Shown piece by piece: positions 50,843 to 59,276 of a stretch of 64,000 nucleotides of DNA. Numbering within the stretch: the stretch's first letter is position 1; each line of letters begins with the position of its first letter. The DNA lies in the NCBI GenBank assembly GCA_963979435.1, contig CAXBVE010000003.1:254-64253 (forward strand). The letters are read 5' to 3'. This DNA is from an uncultured Candidatus Actinomarinales bacterium. Lineage in GTDB: Bacteria > Actinomycetota > Acidimicrobiia > Actinomarinales > Actinomarinaceae. Under the pieces are notes generated by a model. It searched no databases, had not been told where the DNA came from, and saw only the letters and a program-made list of their open reading frames with translations. Position numbers and translations under genes: made by a program.

Positions 50843-51508
50843 TTAGACTTTTTCTCCTGATTGAACTTTTGCCATATTAAGAACTAATACACCAAGACCG
50901 ACTTTATTAATAATGTCAGCAATTGTGTATAGAAGCTCTCTCAAGTCCATTAAGTCTGGACTCACTGCTGGTGCTAAGAATCCTAATGGATAGATTATCC
51001 AACCAATAAGAATAAGATTCTTGATTTTTTGGAATGCTTCACCTGCATCACCTGTAAGTGATGTACCTTCAGCTTGTAGTGCTCTCATTAGGAATGCATA
51101 AGCAACCATTGATACTACAAAACCAGTCCAGTATTGTGCATCTCCAGCTTCTGCTGATACTTCTCCGTAATATCCTCCACCAATCATTACAAGTGCAGCT
51201 GCACCCATAGTTCTGACTTTTTGGGCATACTCTGCACCTTTAGAGGTTACTGCAAGAACTTCTACGAACATTAATGGAACGGTTAGTACCCAATCAACAT
51301 ATCGCAAAGGTGTGTCAAAGTCTCCTGATGCAAAAGATACTGTCATTTTTTGGTAGTGATACCATGCAATTCCAGTCACTATTGCTGAGATATATACACC
51401 TCTTCTGAATTTCGGATCAACTTCTCTTGATGACATCAGTAAATATACTGTTCCTGCAAGCATACCTGCAGTTGCCACCATAAAAAGTCTGTATGTAAGT
51501 TCGGCCAT
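50843..51508 (-). CDS. microbial rhodopsin, proton-pump type (DTE motif), compact 221 aa
   Basis: Seven TM helices. Helix C RYVDWVLTVPLMFVE (D72/T76/E83). Retinal Lys in ADIINKVGLG (helix G). Met at the spectral-tuning position. AAGGAG RBS. Confidence 0.85.
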   Translation of the reverse strand: MAELTYRLFMVATAGMLAGTVYLLMSSREVDPKFRRGVYISAIVTGIAWYHYQKMTVSFASGDFDTPLRYVDWVLTVPLMFVEVLAVTSKGAEYAQKVRTMGAAALVMIGGGYYGEVSAEAGDAQYWTGFVVSMVAYAFLMRALQAEGTSLTGDAGEAFQKIKNLILIGWIIYPLGFLAPAVSPDLMDLRELLYTIADIINKVGLGVLVLNMAKVQSGEKV

Positions 51509-51566
51509 TTTTAAGCTTCTCCTTTATATAGCTTTTAAATATCTTATTATCACAATATAGCACGCT

Positions 51567-51582
51567 TGTGAAATAATTCACA
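51567..51582. promoter_or_regulatory. CRP/FNR-type palindrome TGTGA-N6-TCACA upstream of the rhodopsin gene
   Basis: TGTGAAATAATTCACA read directly. It lies 59-74 nt upstream of the rhodopsin ATG, in the 112-bp spacer after the photolyase gene. TATATT / GATAAT -10-like hexamers follow. Confidence 0.5.
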
Positions 51583-51620
51583 TGATTTTGGGTGTTTTTA
51601 ACTTTGTAGGTTATCTGGAT

Positions 51621-53084
51621 TTAGGAGCCGTATTTTTCAAGATAACCGCCAAGTTTAAATTTCTTAGCAGTATTTTCAGAGGTCATATAACGAATTTTTC
51701 CATAAATTTTTCTTTCTGGCCCCCACGCTCTATCGTACCTGCCTAGTGACCAGAATACGCCTGAGTATGAATTTGGATCTCTACCATCTAAAGCAAATCT
51801 ATCATTTAAATCTATCATATATGACAACGCTAATTGAGGATTTGGTGCCCACTCTAATATTTTTTTTGCCCAAAGCATTCTCAAATAATTATGAATAATA
51901 CCCTCTTCCCTTAACTGAGTTTGAGCTGCATTCCATATTTCGTCATGAGTTTCTGAATTGACTAATTGTTGTAATGAATAGACATACTCTCTGGGATCAT
52001 CTGAATGTTCCTCTAGGGTTTTAATTGCCCAGTCTGGAAGTGAGGAATACTGGTCATAATTGGCTCTCGTAACACAAGTATGGTAACCAAGTTCTCTCCA
52101 GGTAATAAGCTCGTCAAAGAAACTTTCTAAATTTTCTGATCCGCCCCACCAACCTTGTCTTCTTCCAACAAAAGCAGGGTTAACATTTTCCATAGACCAA
52201 GATTCGAGTTCATTAACTTTAACAAAAATTTCATATGGTGAAATGTGGCCAGCATGTAAATATGGTGACAGTTGACTACTTGCATCTTCAGAGGGATGGC
52301 TTCTTAATGTTGCGTAGTCGTTGTATCCATTTTCTAAAAAGTAATCTAGACGCTCTTTTGCTTTTTTATAGCCTCCAACGATGGGGCTCTCTTTGACAGT
52401 TTTATCGATATTCAAATTGAATAAAAAGTCCTCTTGACTGAATGTCTCGAAATCTATTTTATTCCACTTATTTTCAACATCTTTGATTAGATTTTCATCA
52501 AATTCCATCTCTAATTTGTTAAGAGGGTTCTCTTCAGGAACATCCACCAGAAAATCTAATAGGTTTTTGTGCATATATCTGCGAAAGTCATGTGCCCTTA
52601 CATACTCTTTTTCTGCAATACGAATTGGAATTAGCCCGTTTGCATCAACAATTTCATAGCGTGTGTTAATAACACCTTTGGCTTTTGCAGTCATTTGTGG
52701 AACAAAGTAGGTTGGGTAATCATCAGTGACTACTACAGCAGCCTTTGAAGATAGAACTGTAAGAAGATCTTCACTTGCATTTGGTGTCTCTTCTGCGTAT
52801 GGATAGTAAAAAGCTTTAGTATTCGAAATATTTTCATCGATATCACTCATGCCCTCGAGGAAGAATTTATGGAATCTTACGCTAGACATTGGATAATCAA
52901 GAATTAATGGATCAAAAATGAGTAGTGGTTTATTGAGTTTGTTTGCCCATTCGACAGCACGCTGGAGAGCAAAGTTATACGATGTTCGTTTAAAGTTGAT
53001 AACCCAGTACAGAACATAGTCTTTTTCTAAATCTGGTTCAATATCCTTAAGTACTGTAATTCTATTATGAGGTACATCATTCAT
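51621..53084 (-). CDS. class II CPD photolyase
   Basis: C-terminal WNAAQ...HNYLRMLWAKKILEW...LNDRFALDGRDPNSYSGVFWSLG...KIRYM matches class II photolyase conservation. Confidence 0.75.
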   Translation of the reverse strand: MNDVPHNRITVLKDIEPDLEKDYVLYWVINFKRTSYNFALQRAVEWANKLNKPLLIFDPLILDYPMSSVRFHKFFLEGMSDIDENISNTKAFYYPYAEETPNASEDLLTVLSSKAAVVVTDDYPTYFVPQMTAKAKGVINTRYEIVDANGLIPIRIAEKEYVRAHDFRRYMHKNLLDFLVDVPEENPLNKLEMEFDENLIKDVENKWNKIDFETFSQEDFLFNLNIDKTVKESPIVGGYKKAKERLDYFLENGYNDYATLRSHPSEDASSQLSPYLHAGHISPYEIFVKVNELESWSMENVNPAFVGRRQGWWGGSENLESFFDELITWRELGYHTCVTRANYDQYSSLPDWAIKTLEEHSDDPREYVYSLQQLVNSETHDEIWNAAQTQLREEGIIHNYLRMLWAKKILEWAPNPQLALSYMIDLNDRFALDGRDPNSYSGVFWSLGRYDRAWGPERKIYGKIRYMTSENTAKKFKLGGYLEKYGS

Positions 53085-53148
53085 TACTTAATTATAAAGG
53101 TGAAATGGTTTTTAAAATAAACTGTTTATGTTTAAAATGTAAATAGTT

Positions 53149-54324
53149 ATGGGTGCAATAAAAATTTCAAGTGTTGGAAAAATATATCCGAATGGTACTC
53201 GTGCACTTGAGGATGTAAATATCGAAATTAATGACGGTGAATTTGTAGTTCTTGTAGGACCATCTGGCTGTGGCAAAACGACTTTACTTCGCATGGTCGC
53301 TGGATTAGAAGATATTACAGAGGGAGAAATCTTTATTGGTGACAAAATTGTAAATGAGGTAGCTCCAAAAGATAGAGATATTGCGATGGTTTTTCAGAAT
53401 TATGCTTTATATCCACATATGTCGGTGTATGACAATATGGCTTTTTCACTTAAGCTGAGGAAACTTCCGAAAGAAGAAATAGATAAAAAGGTGAAGGATG
53501 CTGCGCGAACTTTAGAAATTAGTGAACTTCTTGAAAGAAAACCAAAAGCCCTATCTGGTGGTCAAAGACAACGTGTCGCTATGGGAAGGGCCATTGTTAG
53601 AAGCCCTGAAGCATTTTTAATGGATGAGCCTCTTTCAAATCTAGATGCGAAATTGAGAGTACAAATGAGAGCTGAACTGGGTCAATTGCATACTCAGCTT
53701 GAGACAACAACTCTATATGTGACACATGATCAAGTAGAAGCAATGACTATGGGTGACCGTGTAGCTGTGATTAGGAAAGGTGAGCTTCAACAAATTGATA
53801 CCCCACGTGAAATATATCTTTATCCAAAGAATATATTTGTCGCTGGTTTTATTGGTAGCCCTTCAATGAATTTTGTTTATGCGGATGTAAAGGTTTCAGG
53901 AGATAAAACTATGCTTACTTTTGCAGGTGAAGAGATAACCTGTGTTGGTGAATCTCTAGATAAACTAAAAAAGGTTGATGGAAAGCAGATTGTTTTAGGA
54001 ATCAGACCTGAAGCTTTTGAAGACTCTACGTATGCAAAAGATAGTGAGTATACCGAGTCAATAAGTATTACAGTCACACTATTAGAACAATTGGGCTCAG
54101 ACTCTTACATTCACTTCTATAAAGATTTAAAGCCAGTTCAAACTGAAGCAATTGAGGAAATCCTTGCTGACGAAGGTGAGGACATCAGTGTTTTGGGAGA
54201 TCAAACTAAGTTTATTGCTAGGATAAACCCCAACTCTACTGTCAAGGAGGGTGAAGAAATTAAGCTCTCAATTGATCCTTCTAAGCTTCACTTTTTTGAC
54301 CCTGAATCAGGCAAAGCTCTTTAA
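53149..54324 (+). CDS. sugar ABC transporter ATP-binding protein (MalK/MsiK-like with C-terminal TOBE domain)
   Basis: GPSGCGKTT. LSGGQRQRVAMGRA. C-terminal regulatory domain. Confidence 0.8.
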   Translation: MGAIKISSVGKIYPNGTRALEDVNIEINDGEFVVLVGPSGCGKTTLLRMVAGLEDITEGEIFIGDKIVNEVAPKDRDIAMVFQNYALYPHMSVYDNMAFSLKLRKLPKEEIDKKVKDAARTLEISELLERKPKALSGGQRQRVAMGRAIVRSPEAFLMDEPLSNLDAKLRVQMRAELGQLHTQLETTTLYVTHDQVEAMTMGDRVAVIRKGELQQIDTPREIYLYPKNIFVAGFIGSPSMNFVYADVKVSGDKTMLTFAGEEITCVGESLDKLKKVDGKQIVLGIRPEAFEDSTYAKDSEYTESISITVTLLEQLGSDSYIHFYKDLKPVQTEAIEEILADEGEDISVLGDQTKFIARINPNSTVKEGEEIKLSIDPSKLHFFDPESGKAL

Positions 54325-55590
54325 CTAGTAGCTACTGTCTAACTCTTCTGTTATCTCTTCTATATATAAGCTTTGGAGTTCAATATATTTCATCATTGCA
54401 TACCACAAAGAATCCGAACCAATTCTTCTTTCCATTAACTCTGATGCATCATATCTAAAAAGATCTTGAATTAATGAAGCTCTAATCAAATTTGTTTCTT
54501 TAATCGTCATTGGATTAGTAAGTGTATCTAAAGATGAGTTCATATTTGCAGAAATGTATTGTGAATCAGATTTACCAAGCCAACTTTTCCCAAAGTCAAC
54601 CGATACAAGTTTTTGAATTACACTAATAGTTTCTGCATTACTATTTAGACCAATAAGAACATCTCCAATGCCAACCATTGCATTCTTATTTTCTGCTGAG
54701 GGAAGTTTAAAAAAGTTATAGTCAATACCGAATTGAGCATCATCAGGAAAATAGTAACTTGCAAAATGCCCTGACCAGCTAAAAGTACACGGATTATCTT
54801 CATTTAATAAATTTCGATAATTATTTCTAAATTCTTTTCTGACCATTCTTTTATGACCACCGTACACTGCATCCTCTATGAAAATTAATTTGCCGATTTC
54901 AAGCATTGAGAGTGTTACCTCATCTGAACTTGAAGATTTGTTTTGCTGGAACCAGTCATCATAAACAGCTGTTCCATACTTATGGAGTATTGTATCTTCT
55001 AGCCAATTTGTAGCAATCCAACCTGTGGATGCTCCACTCTCTATATCCAAACACCACAATGGATTATCTTTTGAGGAATTATTTTTAGTAAACTGGACCA
55101 TTTCATCATAAGACTGAAACACAGGTGATCCAAGATTTTCATATTTAGTTGAGTCATACCATACTAATGAATTTGGAAGAACCCTAAACCATGCTCCATA
55201 ATTTTGATTATCAACTTTGGAAGTAGTTATGTTGATTAAATGCTGGGAAAAATTATCTTCTATAAAATCATTATCTAAATATTGATTAACGGGGAATGCT
55301 ATCCCACGTTGACCTAAGTTAACTACACCTTGAGGATTAGGAATTAATGCTATGTCTAAATTATTATTTTGATTATCAATTAAATAAGTTTCGATATCAC
55401 TAAATGGTTCATACTGTATTTTGATTCCCAGTTCTTCAGAAATTATATCTAACTCCTCTGAAAAGTAATCAAGTTGTGGGAAATTTGGTCCACCAATCAC
55501 TATGTCAGCTGGCTTATAACCAATAACTGAAAAAATAATTGTAGTTACTAAAAAAATTATTAAGAATATAGTATTTTTTGTTAATCCCAT
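54325..55590 (-). CDS. sugar ABC substrate-binding protein paralogue, N-terminal TM-anchored
   Basis: N-terminal TM helix. Clear paralogy to 59277..60575 (e.g. STGWIATNWLEDTIL vs ASGWLATDWMEDIML). Confidence 0.6.
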   Translation of the reverse strand: MGLTKNTIFLIIFLVTTIIFSVIGYKPADIVIGGPNFPQLDYFSEELDIISEELGIKIQYEPFSDIETYLIDNQNNNLDIALIPNPQGVVNLGQRGIAFPVNQYLDNDFIEDNFSQHLINITTSKVDNQNYGAWFRVLPNSLVWYDSTKYENLGSPVFQSYDEMVQFTKNNSSKDNPLWCLDIESGASTGWIATNWLEDTILHKYGTAVYDDWFQQNKSSSSDEVTLSMLEIGKLIFIEDAVYGGHKRMVRKEFRNNYRNLLNEDNPCTFSWSGHFASYYFPDDAQFGIDYNFFKLPSAENKNAMVGIGDVLIGLNSNAETISVIQKLVSVDFGKSWLGKSDSQYISANMNSSLDTLTNPMTIKETNLIRASLIQDLFRYDASELMERRIGSDSLWYAMMKYIELQSLYIEEITEELDSSY

Positions 55591-56474
55591 AAAAAAGCTG
55601 CACCTCTAACTCCACTGCTGTTTCCATGTATTGCTTTTACTATAGGTGTAAGAAAAAAGTTTGATGCTAAATACTTAACGACTCTGTTTGGAATTTCGTC
55701 ATACAGTTCATCAATATCGGACATACCGCCTCCACAGATGATTATTTCAGGGTCTAATATATTAATAAATGTACTGAAACTTTTAGCAACTCTTTCAAAG
55801 TAATCATTCATCACAAGGAGAGCTGTCTCGTCTTGTTTTCTGAATAAAGTTATTATGTCTCTGGATGAAGCTTTATTTCCACTTAAAAATTCATAGTATT
55901 GCTCGAGTCCAGGACCTGAGATGAATACTTCGATTGCTCCGATTCTTCCACAGTGTCTTTTTATACTCTTTTCGTAATCATCCATAGGTCCAGGAATTGG
56001 GTTTTGACCCCATTCACCAGTTAGTTTATTGGGACCTTCTATTAATTTCTTATCTACAACATATCCTGCACCAACACCTGTCCCTAATATAACCGCAAAA
56101 ACCTTATCATGACCTGCACCGGCCCCATCTACTGCTTCAGATAGAGCAAGACAATCTGCATCATTAGCAATTTTGACTTCATATCCCAATGCAGATTCTA
56201 AGTCACTTTTAACAGGTTTATCTTCTAGTGATTTTGAATTAGAAACTTGAACCCGCCCTGTCTCTGGGTGTAAAGATCCAGGCATCCCTATACCTACAGT
56301 AAAATTATCTACTGGTGCTGATATTTCTTTAATTAAATCAACGACACTAAGAAGTATTTCTTCATAATCTCCTTGTGGAGAATCTACTCTTACTCTGTTA
56401 ACTTCAGTGCCATTTTGAGGATCGATAAGTACAGCTTCTATTTTTGTGCCGCCCCAGTCAACTCCGATTTTCAT
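55581..56474 (-). CDS. ROK-family sugar kinase (NagK/glucokinase-like, no HTH)
   Basis: MKIGVDWGGTKIEAVLI N-terminus. ROK Cys/His region ...HCGRIGAIE. Confidence 0.7.
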   Translation of the reverse strand: MKIGVDWGGTKIEAVLIDPQNGTEVNRVRVDSPQGDYEEILLSVVDLIKEISAPVDNFTVGIGMPGSLHPETGRVQVSNSKSLEDKPVKSDLESALGYEVKIANDADCLALSEAVDGAGAGHDKVFAVILGTGVGAGYVVDKKLIEGPNKLTGEWGQNPIPGPMDDYEKSIKRHCGRIGAIEVFISGPGLEQYYEFLSGNKASSRDIITLFRKQDETALLVMNDYFERVAKSFSTFINILDPEIIICGGGMSDIDELYDEIPNRVVKYLASNFFLTPIVKAIHGNSSGVRGAAFLWD

Positions 56475-56475
56475 A

Positions 56476-57072
56476 TTAATTACTCAGTTCAAAATTTAAG
56501 CTATATTTTTCTATTTTAGTAGCTCCAAGCTCTTCGATTATATTATTTTTATTAACAAGCCATACGAAAGGAGCATCTGGGTACTTTTTTCCATAATCTG
56601 TAGCAACTCCGACAAAAATTTGAGTATTATCTTCAAGATTTAGAGTCAAAAATCTAAGATAGTAATAGTAGTTATTACATCCATCATTATTTTTCTCGTC
56701 ATATGTTCCTGAAATTGAGTTAGTAAAATTATTGCTTTTTAGAAGGTTTATAGTCACTTCTCCAGGACCAAACCCCTCCCAAACTGGACCAACGCATAGA
56801 CTATCTATATCTGATTCATAGTTTTCTCTAAATTTTAAATCAAAAACGAGTGAATAACTTTGTATGATATCAAACTTCTTTGGAAAACTTTGAACTTGTA
56901 AAGTAACTTCGTCAGCTGATTCTTGAATTGTGTAAACAAGTTTTGACTCGACGTACTCTAAAATATCTGAATCTATATAACTTTCGGCAATCTCTATTTC
57001 ATATTCAATGGCACTATTAGATGAACAAAAAACTATTAATAAAAGTAAAAAGGGTCTGTATGGGTATCTCAA
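56476..57072 (-). CDS. secreted hypothetical protein (198 aa) inside the sugar uptake operon
   Basis: N-terminal signal peptide (LLLLIVFCSSNSA). No motif. Confidence 0.45.
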   Translation of the reverse strand: MRYPYRPFLLLLIVFCSSNSAIEYEIEIAESYIDSDILEYVESKLVYTIQESADEVTLQVQSFPKKFDIIQSYSLVFDLKFRENYESDIDSLCVGPVWEGFGPGEVTINLLKSNNFTNSISGTYDEKNNDGCNNYYYYLRFLTLNLEDNTQIFVGVATDYGKKYPDAPFVWLVNKNNIIEELGATKIEKYSLNFELSN

Positions 57073-57971
57073 CCCTTTACTGCCCCTCCAATTAATCCTC
57101 TAATGAAAAATCGTTGCAAGCCAAAGAAGACTGCTAATGGAACGATAATAGAAATAACAGCGCCAGAAGTTCTGAGATGCCATGCTTCTCCAAACCTACC
57201 CACAACAATTTGGGACATGTGCGAGGTAACCACAAGATTTTCTGGTCTGTAGATTCCTAAAAAGACATTTGCAACTAGAAAATCGTTGTATACCCAAAGA
57301 AATTGGAATGTTCCAAAAGCTGCAATGCCAGCTACTGAAAGAGGTAGAACCAACCTAAAAAAAGTAGTGAAATGGCTAGCACCGTCTATTTTTGCAGACT
57401 CAATAACACTTTTAGGTAAACCCATCATAAAATCTCTAAGTAGAAAAGTAGCTAAGGGTAATCCAAACCCTGTATGTGCAAACCAAGTTGCCACAAAGGT
57501 ACCATTCAAATCAAGTGCTGGAATTATAGGAATTCCCGCAATCTCGATACCATCTTTAAATAGCTGAACGAGTGGTATTAATGACATTTGTAGAGGAATA
57601 ATCATTGAGCCAACAACAAAGAGAAAAAGAATATCTTTTCCTTTGAATTCCATAAAAGCAAATGCGTATGCCGCAAAAGCAGCAATTGTTATGGGAATTA
57701 TGGTGGAGGGAATTGTTACAGCTAATGAGTTATAAAATGACCTATCAAGATTTTCAGCTCTAAAGACTTCCACATAGTTATCAAAACTTAGCTCTGACCA
57801 GATTGTTCCAGTGTAAATAGCATCCCACCACGAAGTTCTTTTTATACTTTCACCAGGTCTAAAAGAGCTCAACAGGAATCCAAAGATAGGAAACATCCAT
57901 GTTATTGCAATAGTGATCAAAATTAATTTAGTAACTGGTTTGTCATACCATTTTTGATTATTTCTTGTCAT
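57069..57971 (-). CDS. carbohydrate ABC transporter permease (MalG/UgpE-like)
   Basis: 6 TM helices. EAA-like loop. Confidence 0.75.
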   Translation of the reverse strand: MTRNNQKWYDKPVTKLILITIAITWMFPIFGFLLSSFRPGESIKRTSWWDAIYTGTIWSELSFDNYVEVFRAENLDRSFYNSLAVTIPSTIIPITIAAFAAYAFAFMEFKGKDILFLFVVGSMIIPLQMSLIPLVQLFKDGIEIAGIPIIPALDLNGTFVATWFAHTGFGLPLATFLLRDFMMGLPKSVIESAKIDGASHFTTFFRLVLPLSVAGIAAFGTFQFLWVYNDFLVANVFLGIYRPENLVVTSHMSQIVVGRFGEAWHLRTSGAVISIIVPLAVFFGLQRFFIRGLIGGAVKG

Positions 57972-59194
57972 GAGTTAGCGTTCTCTCTTTCTCTTAACGC
58001 TGTTCCTACTATCACAGGTAGAACACAGATAAATATTAGTACTGCCACAACTGATGACCTACCAAAATTTCTATACTTAGAAAATTCATCCAACATTTTT
58101 ACAGCTAATAAATTTGTTTCCAGGTCTCCCCTTGTCGATACGTATATAATATCAAACGCCTTTAGTACTGTCACAACCATATAAGTTCCAACAACTATCA
58201 CGGTACTTTTTAAATATGGAATAACTATTGATCTAAATATTCTTAATTCTGATGCACCATCAATTTGGCCAGCCTCCATGATTTCACCTGGTATTGCTTT
58301 GATTCCAGCAGAAAAGACTACTGCTGCAAAACCTGTATACATCCAGACCATAATAATCATTAACAACATGGTGTTTATGGGTAGGTTTATAAGCATATTA
58401 GAAAACCATCCACCACTTTCTAATGAATCAGCAATCGGAAGATTTGATAAATCTCTTTGTTGTAGCCACCCTACGGCGTTAACGCAACTCTCATTATCGT
58501 ATCCTTCTAGGACTCCATCAATAATACGATTGTTAAAACACTCTTCTCCTCTCGAAACCCTAATTCCATTAATTATTCCGATCTGAGTTAATGGTGGCGG
58601 TCTATATTCGTAAATAAATTTGAAGATTGCTGTTGCACCAACAGCCGAAATTGCCATAGGCATAAATACAATTGACTTAAAAAATGATTCTCCTTTATTT
58701 AACCTATCAGTGAGCCAAGCAACTATTAAACCAATGAAAACAGTTAATACAACTACTGAGATGAGCCAAACAATCTGATTTCTTATAGTTGTAATCATCT
58801 CAGCATCAGTAAATGCCCACCTATAATTGTCAAGTCCTATGAAATCATTGCTATATCTATCTTTAAAACTTAGATATATAGTTCGAACAGCAGGGTAAAA
58901 AAGAAATAAGAAAATCATAAAAATAGATGGTCCAACAAACATTCTGGCTTCTAAAACTTCTCTAGAATCTCTTGGGACTAACTTAATTAACCTGTCCATC
59001 CCTAAGAAGAGTAAAAAAACAAGGGTTGAACCTAGGGGTATAGCTATAAGAACTAACACGTTTCGTGTAACTTGTTCTGTAAGTTCCCTAAATAAAATAG
59101 CTTGTGAGAGAAACCATGCGAGTGGAAAGATTACTAGAGCTAAGGTAGAGATACCAAAGGTGAATAACTTCTTTTCCTGAGTATTTTGTTTCAT
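57968..59194 (-). CDS. carbohydrate ABC transporter permease (MalF/UgpA-like); ATG 59194 preferred over 59254
   Basis: Polytopic. EAA loop ...DGASELRIFRSIVIP. The track start would run through the upstream hairpin. Confidence 0.75.
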   Translation of the reverse strand: MKQNTQEKKLFTFGISTLALVIFPLAWFLSQAILFRELTEQVTRNVLVLIAIPLGSTLVFLLFLGMDRLIKLVPRDSREVLEARMFVGPSIFMIFLFLFYPAVRTIYLSFKDRYSNDFIGLDNYRWAFTDAEMITTIRNQIVWLISVVVLTVFIGLIVAWLTDRLNKGESFFKSIVFMPMAISAVGATAIFKFIYEYRPPPLTQIGIINGIRVSRGEECFNNRIIDGVLEGYDNESCVNAVGWLQQRDLSNLPIADSLESGGWFSNMLINLPINTMLLMIIMVWMYTGFAAVVFSAGIKAIPGEIMEAGQIDGASELRIFRSIVIPYLKSTVIVVGTYMVVTVLKAFDIIYVSTRGDLETNLLAVKMLDEFSKYRNFGRSSVVAVLIFICVLPVIVGTALRERENANS

Positions 59195-59227
59195 GCTAAT
59201 TTTTAATTTTAATCGATAGATAAAAAG

Positions 59228-59251
59228 ATAGCCACCCAGATGGGTGGCTAT
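59228..59251 (-). terminator. stem-loop/attenuator-terminator after the binding-protein gene
   Basis: ATAGCCACCC-AGAT-GGGTGGCTAT (10-bp stem) followed on the minus strand by CUUUUUA. Lies between the SBP stop (59277) and the permease start (59194). Confidence 0.5.
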
Positions 59252-59276
59252 CAAAATTAATTAATACGTTATTGGC

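Noticed and set aside
53112-53345. 77-aa ORF on the minus strand overlapping the start of the sugar ABC ATPase gene
   Set aside because: It overlaps the conserved N-terminus (Walker A region) of the ATPase on the opposite strand, with no support. The divergent promoter region is better explained without it.
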